Source: an uncultured Candidatus Saccharibacteria bacterium (GTDB taxonomy: Bacteria > Patescibacteriota > WWE3 > UBA101185 > UBA10185). From it: a stretch of 41,660 bases of DNA. The position numbers and the translations under genes are program-made. The notes beneath the pieces are model-generated. The model searched no databases, had not been told where the DNA came from, and was given only the letters and a program-made list of their open reading frames with translations. The DNA lies in contig CAZLZI010000001.1 of NCBI GenBank assembly GCA_964563965.1, positions 1-41,660 of the forward strand, given 5' to 3'. Positions 6,813-15,057 of the stretch are shown here, in pieces; position 1 is the stretch's first letter; the number at the start of each line of letters is the position of its first letter.

Positions 6813-9800
6813 TTAGTTGTTACAGGAAGGCTTACCCACACTAAAAGAGCTTTCAGTACCCCAAATACCAATAAGTAACATAGGATTTATCCGGTATTTA
6901 CGAGCAGTATTAATAACTATATCCAGTTGGCCCTCTGGCGCACTTGCGAGGCTTGTTCCCCAATATTGGGGACTTTGCGCAAGTAGACGAGTTTTAAATT
7001 GAGCTCCATCGAGTCCTAACGGCCATCTATCAGTTTTCAAGCCACAATCAACTAACGCATCTCTGTAGTAATCAAATGTAGGGTTTCCTGGATTACGTAG
7101 AGGCTCTGAGGCAGAATACGCGGGGCATGCCATGTTTGCATCCTGTTTTCTAGGTGAGGATGGCGGGACTTTAGAACATGAGCGTCCTAATGAAGATAAT
7201 GAATCACGCGCGTAAGCATCAATAAATTCAGTTAAATTATGCGCAAACGGCATACCATTTACCTCGTTGTGACAATAAGGTCCATATTTATCTACAACAT
7301 ACCAAGTACCTTTACCAAGAACAATATGCGCATTCAATGCTCTAGCTGCACATTCAGCTGAACTCGCAAAATCAACAACACCAGAACCAAAACAGTTAAA
7401 AGCGTTACACACGTTTGGTGGTGTTGGTGTACCATCTGGATTCTCTGGTGTCCCCACCTGCTTTATAACCTCCATTGGAGGCAATATTCTCCCACCAGTT
7501 CTTGGGAGCCCCGTTGTATCATGGAAATCACTGGCTTTACAAACATAGTCTTGAAAATTGTTGAAAGAAACTACATGCCCAACTGTTGTCTCTTCGATCA
7601 GTTCTTTGTCTTTCTCCACACTAAGTCGCATACCAGGACCACAAGAATTTTTGTTTCCTACAAAAGAGAAATAGTCATACGTTTTTTCCAATGGTCCTCT
7701 TGCAGGCTCCGAGGTCTCATACGTATATTCTGCTATGGTAGTAACATCTCCCTCGCACCCTGAGCCAGTTGGCGTGCCATAACTTGTTGGGGGCGCATTC
7801 CTTAGCTCGTGTCCACAGATACCACCTGCTGGTGGGGTTTTCCCGCCACGGCACAGAGACGCATCACAAGCTGTATACCCTCCAGAGCCATCAGGTATCT
7901 TGCATGTATCTCTACATTCACATGGACTACTTCCACACAGCGGCGCAGGACTAGGACAGCCTCCAGGTTGCACATCTCCCCAACTGTATGCAAGACATTC
8001 ACCGCCATAATTAGCATTAGGTTTAGCGACACCAAATATTGATAATATAATTTTACTTACAAACCCTGCAATAGCTTGAGCAAGATTTACATCGTCACCA
8101 TAAAACTTTGTTAAATCATCTCTGTCATAAGCATACGAGTACCCTCCACTAAATGTGTTATATGGGATTTGCTCAATGTTTTCCACAATTCCTGGATATC
8201 TAATTTTATTAAATGGATTTTCACACCAACCATTGGCATGTTCTTTTGATGCACACAGACACAAGTTAACAACAGGGAAACCAACTCGTGTACATTCTCT
8301 GTCTTCGGTATCACTATATTTTTCTTTGTAATAGTATGTATCAAGGCCAGTTTCGACAAGTTGTGAATTGGGATCATTAGGCAGAGCCAAAAAGTTTGCA
8401 ATCCCCCCTTCTTGATAATTATTACAAATAGAACTACGGCCAGAGCCTGATTCAGCGCACTCACCAAGTCTTCTGGCTTGTGCAGCAGGATACTCTATCA
8501 TGGGTTTTGCAGAATAAGGCTTCTGTCCCGGATCGTCTTTTATTTTTATGTCTCTTTCATTACCATCCTCCACAAGTGCAGAGTCTTCAAAGTTTTCCGA
8601 AATACCCTTTTGAGCTGAGGCAGATATAGGGTTAAAGGTCAGCAAAAAACACGGATGCGGAAAATATTCTCGATTAAGTTTTCTGCCTGAATAGGAAATC
8701 CCCAACTCTTCAAACATAGTCTTATCACTCCAAGGGGTTTTTATCTGTCCTAAAAGTATTTCTTTCTTTTGGCCATTCTCTATTGATGTACAAACAGGAG
8801 TTTCAGGATTTGTTTTATAAGCATATTCAATCCACTTAAGAGGAGATGAAAAGAGGATAGGAATATTGTTTCCTGTAAGTTGGTTTCTATCAAGAATAGG
8901 GCCTTTATCATCAAAGATAGTGCCTGGATTTACTATAACTTTAGATGCCCAATGCCAGAAGCATGATGGTAATATCTTCTCATCATCCCCATCCATTCTA
9001 GGATTGGTATATTGCAAAAAGTTTCCACAAACACCAAAGGCTCTATTTGCTGTAGGTCTATGTTGATCAATACCGAAATCCGAGAATTCACCCACACCTG
9101 TAAACGCTTCTTCTTTTTTCTCGACCACAAAATCCTGTGGCATACATCGTAAAAACCCAGGTCCTGGGTTTGCAGGATCGCAGTTGGGATCAGGATTTGT
9201 TTTCCCATCAACATACATATCATCAACATCTTTTGCAGATAATATATCCAATGCAAATTCGTGCGGGTCATCAACTATAATATTACTTGCGTAAGTAATC
9301 TTTGGGTTTCCAGGAGGTGTTTCAAGACAAACAGAAAACTCTTCTCGATTCACATATTGTAATTCGTTTGGTAAACCTAATGGGGATGTCAGTAAATGAA
9401 GATTGGATCTCACACCTGCCGCATCCGTATCCTTTACCTCTCCAGCACAAATCATGTTTACATTTAAGTCAATTTTGCCGTCCGTGTCTTTGGTGAGGTC
9501 ACACTTATAAACGTCTTTAACACGTCCATTGCAAGAAAAAACTATAAAGTTTTCTTTCACATTCTTAGTAGCTTGAAGAGTCATTGTGTAATTGCCATTA
9601 CTAGAGGTACTGACTTCTTTAGCATTGTTAACTAGGTTACCGTTTTTCTGTTTACTGATAGTGCAGGGATCTCCACTATAGTTTGTAATAACAGAACCAT
9701 AGACAGGTAACCCTTCTACTTGAGAGGTCTTACCAGTTAGTTTGTTTGTATAGTCAACCCAAGATGCGTGTTTTATAAAACCAGACAGTGTTATAGGAGC

Positions 9801-10679
9801 ACCAACTGCAACGTCGCCAGAAATGTTACAAGACATTTGTTCTTGTAGGATTGGACCTGTATAAGAGGAGGAGCAGTTTGGTGTGCCCGGCTCAAGCTGA
9901 GATGTATCTATCCCGCAACCATCTACAATACCTATTTTTGAGTGTGCATCAGAGAAACCAGCAAGGCCGCAATCTTTCATGTATATAAAGCCATCACCAG
10001 CACCAGCACCTGCTGTTCCTGCAATTGTTATCAAAGGTTGCGGATTTTTAACCCCAGAACAAAAGGTATAAGTTCCTGCTGCAAAGTAGCCCGTTATTTG
10101 TAATTGGGGAGCTTTTCCACATGCTGGATAAAAGTTTGTGATGTTTGGATGGGTTGCTGCGATTTTGCAAACCTTCAAGTCAGCTTTAGTATTTATGTTA
10201 TAGCCATTATCTCCGGGATACTTGATACCTGAATCAATAGGTAAAATGTTGTGAGTTTGCTGTGTATATACCTGACCTACACTTACTGTTGGAGGTAGCC
10301 ATTTAGCTCCATCGGTTAGGGCAGTTCCACCAGGTTGGACACATGTGGCTGTAGCATCTAGGGTATAGATAACTTTATTGCCGTTTTCACATGCTGCTTG
10401 CGCACCTCCATCAGGGGCCCATGATGTATCTTCTCTTCTATATAGTCCGTCTCCTTTAATAAAGAACTGTTCCCAGTTATTGTTTTTATATTGCCTTACA
10501 GGACTACCGTCTCCTGATCCCTCTGGTGTATATCGTATGACCTCTCCAGTAGATAATGAGTGCATAGGAAACGCTGTATTTGCAATGTATTCTGTTACAT
10601 TTACGCTTTGCGCATGTACTTTACCACTCAAGAGTAAAGTATATACAAAGAATAGGGTTAACAACGATTTTGTACGCAC
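6813..10679 (-). CDS. large secreted cysteine-rich protein of unknown function, ending in a lytic-transglycosylase-like motif
   Basis: Uninterrupted 1288-aa ORF with a signal peptide (MRTKSLLTLFFVYTLLLSGKVHAQS) and dozens of Cys. The C-terminus NPMLLIGIWGTESSFS resembles the catalytic-Glu helix of SLT/MltB domains. GTG start sits behind a TGaTATAAT box. Confidence 0.65.
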   Translation of the reverse strand: MRTKSLLTLFFVYTLLLSGKVHAQSVNVTEYIANTAFPMHSLSTGEVIRYTPEGSGDGSPVRQYKNNNWEQFFIKGDGLYRREDTSWAPDGGAQAACENGNKVIYTLDATATCVQPGGTALTDGAKWLPPTVSVGQVYTQQTHNILPIDSGIKYPGDNGYNINTKADLKVCKIAATHPNITNFYPACGKAPQLQITGYFAAGTYTFCSGVKNPQPLITIAGTAGAGAGDGFIYMKDCGLAGFSDAHSKIGIVDGCGIDTSQLEPGTPNCSSSYTGPILQEQMSCNISGDVAVGAPITLSGFIKHASWVDYTNKLTGKTSQVEGLPVYGSVITNYSGDPCTISKQKNGNLVNNAKEVSTSSNGNYTMTLQATKNVKENFIVFSCNGRVKDVYKCDLTKDTDGKIDLNVNMICAGEVKDTDAAGVRSNLHLLTSPLGLPNELQYVNREEFSVCLETPPGNPKITYASNIIVDDPHEFALDILSAKDVDDMYVDGKTNPDPNCDPANPGPGFLRCMPQDFVVEKKEEAFTGVGEFSDFGIDQHRPTANRAFGVCGNFLQYTNPRMDGDDEKILPSCFWHWASKVIVNPGTIFDDKGPILDRNQLTGNNIPILFSSPLKWIEYAYKTNPETPVCTSIENGQKKEILLGQIKTPWSDKTMFEELGISYSGRKLNREYFPHPCFLLTFNPISASAQKGISENFEDSALVEDGNERDIKIKDDPGQKPYSAKPMIEYPAAQARRLGECAESGSGRSSICNNYQEGGIANFLALPNDPNSQLVETGLDTYYYKEKYSDTEDRECTRVGFPVVNLCLCASKEHANGWCENPFNKIRYPGIVENIEQIPYNTFSGGYSYAYDRDDLTKFYGDDVNLAQAIAGFVSKIILSIFGVAKPNANYGGECLAYSWGDVQPGGCPSPAPLCGSSPCECRDTCKIPDGSGGYTACDASLCRGGKTPPAGGICGHELRNAPPTSYGTPTGSGCEGDVTTIAEYTYETSEPARGPLEKTYDYFSFVGNKNSCGPGMRLSVEKDKELIEETTVGHVVSFNNFQDYVCKASDFHDTTGLPRTGGRILPPMEVIKQVGTPENPDGTPTPPNVCNAFNCFGSGVVDFASSAECAARALNAHIVLGKGTWYVVDKYGPYCHNEVNGMPFAHNLTEFIDAYARDSLSSLGRSCSKVPPSSPRKQDANMACPAYSASEPLRNPGNPTFDYYRDALVDCGLKTDRWPLGLDGAQFKTRLLAQSPQYWGTSLASAPEGQLDIVINTARKYRINPMLLIGIWGTESSFSVGKPSCNN

Positions 10680-10685
10680 AGAGTT

Positions 10686-10691
10686 ATTATA
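10686..10691 (-). promoter_or_regulatory. extended -10 box, leaderless geometry
   Basis: TGaTATAAT on the reverse strand, then 6 nt, then GTG 10679. Confidence 0.55.
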
Positions 10692-10749
10692 TCAATCAAG
10701 GCGGGTAATATTAAGGTTTTTCTTTAAGGATTGCCTACTTATTATGTGA

Positions 10750-10755
10750 TATTAT
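10750..10755 (+). promoter_or_regulatory. extended -10 box, leaderless geometry
   Basis: TGaTATTAT, then 6 nt, then ATG 10762. Confidence 0.55.
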
Positions 10756-10761
10756 CAAAGC

Positions 10762-11631
10762 ATGAAAATATTTAAAACGTTTGGCTATGTTTATTATAAT
10801 AGTATATCCTCTCTTGCGTATTATAAGGATGTTTTGGCTACAAAAACTTCCTTTTCTATTAAATATGTTCTTGCTCTAGGTTTAGTCTTTACACTTATAA
10901 CTACAGCAAACTTTACTCTCCGTGTGTTCCCAGAAGTTAAGGCTTTTGTAGATAAACTCCCAGCAGAAGTTGCTAAAGCTTATCCTGATGACCTTGTAAT
11001 CAGCGGAAAAAACAATGAATGGTTCATAAACCAACCAGAGCCTTATGCTATACCATTTACCTATAACGAACTGTTTAAAGAAACCGATACATTGGCTAGG
11101 AAAAACTTGGTCGTATTCGATAAATTAGGTACGATGGAGACCTTCGCCGACTACAATACTCTTTTACTTATATCTGGCAAGTACGTGTATGCACAGGACA
11201 GTAATAACAAGATTAGTGCAACCCCTCTGACAGAAATACCTGAAGGCAGTTTTGCCAAACAAGATTTATTAACATTTGTTGCCCAAACAATGCCATTAGT
11301 TAAGGGTATTGTTAGTGTTACACCATTAGTTGTAGGGCTTTTCTATCTACTTGCCAACACCTCAATGATGCTGTTTTATACTTTAATTCTAGGTTTACTT
11401 TTAATGTTGTTGTCAGCATTGTTTAGAAGAGGACTAACTTATACCGAGGGCTTTAAGATAGGTCTTCATGCAATAACGTTACCATGGACTATCAAAGTGC
11501 TTATCTCCTTAATAGGAGTATCCATTCCAATCCCGCTGTGGTTTACATTATTAGCTTTAATGGTTGGTGGATCTGCAATATATAGTCTTCCTGAAAAAAC
11601 AGTGTCTGCAACCCCTACTTCATTGAATTAG
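10762..11631 (+). CDS. polytopic membrane protein, possibly DUF1189-like
   Basis: 289 aa with several hydrophobic helices. The N-terminal pattern weakly recalls DUF1189. The family call is uncertain. Confidence 0.4.
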   Translation: MKIFKTFGYVYYNSISSLAYYKDVLATKTSFSIKYVLALGLVFTLITTANFTLRVFPEVKAFVDKLPAEVAKAYPDDLVISGKNNEWFINQPEPYAIPFTYNELFKETDTLARKNLVVFDKLGTMETFADYNTLLLISGKYVYAQDSNNKISATPLTEIPEGSFAKQDLLTFVAQTMPLVKGIVSVTPLVVGLFYLLANTSMMLFYTLILGLLLMLLSALFRRGLTYTEGFKIGLHAITLPWTIKVLISLIGVSIPIPLWFTLLALMVGGSAIYSLPEKTVSATPTSLN

Positions 11632-11680
11632 GCATTTCGCTATGTTACTATTTGGCGGATTGATAACTAAATAACGTTAT

Positions 11681-11755
11681 TCCCCTGTAGCTCAGCGGCA
11701 GAGCAGGAAGCTGTTAACTTCAAGGTCGGTGGTTCGAATCCACCCGGGGGAGCCA
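11681..11755 (+). tRNA. tRNA-Asn, anticodon GUU, CCA encoded
   Basis: TCCCCTG TA GCTC AGCGGCA GAGC A GGAAG CTGTTAA CTTCA AGGTC GGTGG TTCGAAT CCACC CGGGGGA G CCA forms a 75-nt cloverleaf. It closely resembles E. coli tRNA-Asn. Confidence 0.92.
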
Positions 11756-11788
11756 AAGAATGCCCAACAAGGATGACTTCCGAACTGA

Positions 11789-11794
11789 TACAAT
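11789..11794 (+). promoter_or_regulatory. extended -10 box, leaderless geometry
   Basis: TGaTACAAT, then 6 nt, then GTG 11801. Confidence 0.5.
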
Positions 11795-11800
11795 CCAATA

Positions 11801-12529
11801 GTGAATCTAACAAAAAGTAAATTAGAAACAATGTTATCAACACATCCACTTGTTGTACCTCGCTTACAAACCCTTAAGCTAGCAGAACAACTCAACCCAA
11901 AATTCCATAAACCACACATTGTTGGAGGTTATTTACGTGACATTGCTTTAAATGCAAAGCCTAATGATTGTGATGTAGTGTTTCAAGGCTACCAACTTAA
12001 CCAGCCAGGTATAGTAGAAGCAGTTAGGGAAGCTGAAAAAAGACTTGGTATAGAACCGTACCCAGAATGGGATTTTGAAAACGCAATGGCAACGGGAATG
12101 TGTGATGATTTTGTTGAAAATACAATTGGAAAATACTCTCACCACACTGATTACCTGACAGTTTTGTTACTCGATACTGACGGCAGACTTTTTATTACTG
12201 AAGAGCAAACTGTCTCTGATATAGAAAATAAAGTTTATGATTTACGGTTTGCTGGTATAGAGGTATGGGCAACGCACAGAGGCGAAGGTCGAACTTACGC
12301 AAGCTGTATTGTAGGTGATCTCACAAGAGGTCTGTATTTATGCTCAAGATTAAATCTTAAACAGTCGGCCATTGTGACATTCTTGCTGCAGAATTTTGAT
12401 AGTTTCTTTGAACAACTAGAGGAAGCTGACCAACAAATGAGGAGAGCATACTGGAAAAAGAAAACAAAAGGAGCTCCTGAATACAAGCAGATACTTGATA
12501 AATTTAAAATTAAATCACTAACTGTTTAG
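11801..12529 (+). CDS. divergent nucleotidyltransferase with a PolyA_pol/CCA-adding-enzyme-like head domain
   Basis: HIVGGYLRDIALNAKPNDCDVVF matches the GGxVRDxxLGxxxxDxD head motif. It is short (242 aa) and the RDFTIN-type motif is degenerate (DYLTV). Confidence 0.45.
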   Translation: MNLTKSKLETMLSTHPLVVPRLQTLKLAEQLNPKFHKPHIVGGYLRDIALNAKPNDCDVVFQGYQLNQPGIVEAVREAEKRLGIEPYPEWDFENAMATGMCDDFVENTIGKYSHHTDYLTVLLLDTDGRLFITEEQTVSDIENKVYDLRFAGIEVWATHRGEGRTYASCIVGDLTRGLYLCSRLNLKQSAIVTFLLQNFDSFFEQLEEADQQMRRAYWKKKTKGAPEYKQILDKFKIKSLTV

Positions 12530-12538
12530 TTTCTATAG

Positions 12539-12577
12539 GTTCCAAACTCATCCCATTTTGCGAGCCAAATAAACATT
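12539..12577 (+). repeat. cassette-boundary repeat, copy a
   Basis: GTTCCAAACTCATCCCATTTTGCGAGCCAAATAAACATT. Intergenic, 10 nt after the NTase TAG stop. Confidence 0.85.
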
Positions 12578-12611
12578 ACCTAAATTTCCTACTATCCTTT
12601 AACATTTAATT

Positions 12612-12617
12612 TATAAT
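12612..12617 (+). promoter_or_regulatory. -10 box, leaderless geometry
   Basis: TATAAT, then 6 nt, then ATG 12624. Confidence 0.5.
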
Positions 12618-12623
12618 AACTAT

Positions 12624-13409
12624 ATGGAACTCCTTACTGTGGACTATGAAAGGTTTAAAAATCAGTTGCGCTCTCCTCACCCTGCCTATTTGACACTCGT
12701 ATTTAGTTTTATATTTACAACTTTTCTATATAAGTACTTATACTTTTTCTTATACGCCATCTTTGCTAAATTTTGGAACTTACCCACTCCGGCTCACAAC
12801 GGAAATCTTGCAATTAACTATAAGGTATTTCTTTTTTTTACAATTGCTCTTTTAGCCTTGTTTTATATCTGGTACTTCACAAAAAAGTATTCAAAAGCAC
12901 TAGGTAACGAGGTTAAACTAAATAAGGCGATATTATCTAAAGCGTTAAATTGCTCATTGCCCCTAGTAGTTTACTATATTTGGAAGTTCTTAAATTTTGC
13001 CCCATATATTGTTGAGCAAAAACCAGCAAGAAAATTTGCAATATCAAATTATGCTTGGGAACCCTTTGGCTGGGGTACCGAACCACTTGGAGTTATATTA
13101 GCAAGTTTTACAATTCTTTTCTTTCCGGTAGTAGAAGAGATATTTTTATCACTTCTATTCATTAAGTTAGCCAAGAAGACCAAAGTCACAGTTGCTTTAG
13201 TTTTGGCTGCTCTGATATTTGCAGCATTACACATCCCAACATACGGACTAGGGAATAATGTTTTCTTTCTCTTTTTAGCGGGGCTATCTAGCATAACAGC
13301 AAGACTTTGGACGGGTACTTGGAAGGGCGGATTAGTAGTACATATACTAGTAAACGTATCAATTTTTTTACCAAAATGGTTTGTATTCACGAGTTTGTTC
13401 TTTCTCTAA
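12624..13409 (+). CDS. CPBP-family (CAAX/Abi) intramembrane metalloprotease
   Basis: Polytopic protein with VVEEIFLS (EExxxR-like), FAALH and HILVN motifs in the CPBP order. Confidence 0.7.
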   Translation: MELLTVDYERFKNQLRSPHPAYLTLVFSFIFTTFLYKYLYFFLYAIFAKFWNLPTPAHNGNLAINYKVFLFFTIALLALFYIWYFTKKYSKALGNEVKLNKAILSKALNCSLPLVVYYIWKFLNFAPYIVEQKPARKFAISNYAWEPFGWGTEPLGVILASFTILFFPVVEEIFLSLLFIKLAKKTKVTVALVLAALIFAALHIPTYGLGNNVFFLFLAGLSSITARLWTGTWKGGLVVHILVNVSIFLPKWFVFTSLFFL

Positions 13410-13441
13410 GTGCAAAGTTGCAAAAATATAGTACTTTCGAT

Positions 13442-13470
13442 GTTCCAAACGCATTCCACGTCGCGAGCCA
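13442..13470 (+). repeat. cassette-boundary repeat, copy b
   Basis: GTTCCAAACGCATTCCACGTCGCGAGCCA. Intergenic. Confidence 0.8.
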
Positions 13471-13605
13471 TGGAATAGTGCGAGTACTTGGCTTTGTGAC
13501 TATCGATTATATTGCATAAACTTTTCCTGCACTATTTCTAATCTTTAGGGTAAAATAACACTTTTATATTACTAAATAACACACTATACTACACAATGTA
13601 ATAGT

Positions 13606-14154
13606 ATGTACATGAACGCGCGCTTAGGATTATTAATATTATTTGCAGAGTCCATACCATCCTTAGGTATATTGCTCGCTAAAGCATCACTATCTATCAC
13701 ATCTCAAGATTTAGTCTTTGTACCGGTAATTATTTTAAATATTTTATACATCATCGTAAGCTGGAGACGCAATATAATTGAATTAGATAGCGGTATTCTA
13801 AGGATTTTCTCCAACATCAGCTTTATCGACTCACGTAGGAACTCCACATGGCACCCTCTAACTTCAAGAAACCGAACAATCAGCATCGCTGACATTTCTG
13901 AAATAAAAGTTATCACAACAACTCCATTAATAGCAACACGTACTCACCTAGATGAAATTAACTGGAGGGACAGGGTGGAAATAAATTACAGACAGGGTAA
14001 TCAATTACAAACTGCTGTGATAGAATTGTACTTGTTTCCTAGAACTAAAACGATTTTAAAAGAAATTGTTAAGTTACAACCCCTTATAAAAGTTACTTTT
14101 GAAAAACTTAACGGTATGCAAAATGTTACTCAGAAGCCGAATCCTGAGTATTAA
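13606..14154 (+). CDS. hypothetical membrane protein
   Basis: 182-aa ORF with two N-terminal hydrophobic helices and no recognised motif. ATG 13612 is an alternative start (TGtAATAGT, then 6 nt, then ATG). Confidence 0.4.
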   Translation: MYMNARLGLLILFAESIPSLGILLAKASLSITSQDLVFVPVIILNILYIIVSWRRNIIELDSGILRIFSNISFIDSRRNSTWHPLTSRNRTISIADISEIKVITTTPLIATRTHLDEINWRDRVEINYRQGNQLQTAVIELYLFPRTKTILKEIVKLQPLIKVTFEKLNGMQNVTQKPNPEY

Positions 14155-14204
14155 AGTTTTTCACTGAAAGATTAGTGGAGCTTTTTTCATTTATTCAACA
14201 TTCT

Positions 14205-14237
14205 TTCTAAACAGATCTCACCTCGCGACACAACAAA
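14205..14237 (+). repeat. cassette-boundary repeat, copy c (degenerate)
   Basis: TTCTAAACAGATCTCACCTCGCGACACAACAAA. It keeps the xCxAAAC, CACCTCGCGA and CAAC parts of the consensus. Confidence 0.5.
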
Positions 14238-14272
14238 TTCCATCAAAGATCTGATAGTGACTAAATTTAACA

Positions 14273-14626
14273 CTATTTTAATGTTGAAGACACAGACTCT
14301 ATATAATCTTTTAAGACGTTAATATCCTCAGTGGCTACTTTCCATACTTCTTCCCAGTCTATTTCTGCATAATCGTGTGTTACTTTATCGCGCATACCTG
14401 CAATTTGTTTCCATGGAACATCTGGAAATGCACTTTTTAGTTCATCAGAGACTTTTTTAGCAGCTTCACCGATTACAATAATATTTCGCAGCACTGCATC
14501 TTGATAAAGACCACTGCTCTGAATAAACTCTTCTTTCTCTGGAGCATCTTGCATATAAGTTTCTATAGCATTTATAGCTTGTAGAATGTCTTCGAGGTAA
14601 GGACGGTTGTCTTTATCTTTTCTCAT
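14273..14626 (-). CDS. hepT: HepT-like (DUF86) ribonuclease toxin
   Basis: RX4HXY motif MRDKVTHDY. 117 aa. Overlaps the upstream MNT gene by 14 nt. Confidence 0.85.
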   Translation of the reverse strand: MRKDKDNRPYLEDILQAINAIETYMQDAPEKEEFIQSSGLYQDAVLRNIIVIGEAAKKVSDELKSAFPDVPWKQIAGMRDKVTHDYAEIDWEEVWKVATEDINVLKDYIESVSSTLK

Positions 14627-14909
14627 AAATAGGTCTTAAATCCTTTAAAACATGTGGGGAAATGTACTTGTTAAGTGATTTTCTTTGTACTAAATCTACC
14701 TTTTTGTTATTAAAAAGTACCTCTGAAAAATTCTGTTCTATTCCAACATGTTGAAATAAGCTTGGGGTTTCTGAAAACTCTACTAGAAGGTCTATATCAC
14801 TGCTTGAATCAGCTTCACCTCTGGCATACGAACCAAAGAGTCCCAAAAAGTTTATGTTGTATTGTTCGCATAACCGATCAAGTTTTGCTTTATCATATTG
14901 CAGTTGCAT
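14613..14909 (-). CDS. mntA: MntA-type minimal nucleotidyltransferase antitoxin
   Basis: GSYARGEADSSSDIDLLV (GSxxRG...DxD) motif. 98 aa. Confidence 0.85.
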   Translation of the reverse strand: MQLQYDKAKLDRLCEQYNINFLGLFGSYARGEADSSSDIDLLVEFSETPSLFQHVGIEQNFSEVLFNNKKVDLVQRKSLNKYISPHVLKDLRPIYEKR

Positions 14910-14915
14910 AGGGTA

Positions 14916-14921
14916 ATTATA
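14916..14921 (-). promoter_or_regulatory. -10 box, leaderless geometry
   Basis: TATAAT on the reverse strand, then 6 nt, then ATG 14909. Confidence 0.55.
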
Positions 14922-14995
14922 CTAAAACTGAGTCAAAACTTCTATGAATCACTGATTATTGAACGTGAGGCTAATTTTTATATGTAACTCCAAAA

Positions 14996-15029
14996 GTTCC
15001 AAACTCATACCACCTCGCGAGCCAAACTC
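14996..15029 (+). repeat. cassette-boundary repeat, copy d
   Basis: GTTCCAAACTCATACCACCTCGCGAGCCAAACTC. Intergenic once the NUDIX start is set at 15058. Confidence 0.85.
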
Positions 15030-15045
15030 TTTTTATTCGAAATGT

Positions 15046-15051
15046 TACAAT
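15046..15051 (+). promoter_or_regulatory. extended -10 box, leaderless geometry
   Basis: TGtTACAAT, then 6 nt, then ATG 15058. Confidence 0.55.
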
Positions 15052-15057
15052 CAACAC

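Noticed and set aside
6776-6871. ORF-track N-terminal extension of the ArsR regulator (TTG 6871), overlapping the large secreted protein gene
   Set aside because: The extension (MVFGVLKALLVWVSLPVTTKIDFHIHIDYYLS) has no ArsR-like sequence and overlaps the upstream CDS by 59 nt. It also contains the -35/-10 pair that positions GTG 6775 as the start.
7521-9496. Multiple 60-120-aa ORFs on both strands inside 6813-10679 (for example 7802-8035, 7809-8042, 8111-8467, 8933-9274)
   Set aside because: They lie fully inside a 1288-aa ORF with a coherent signal peptide and composition. They have low-complexity or odd composition and no start-site signals, so they are treated as frame shadows.
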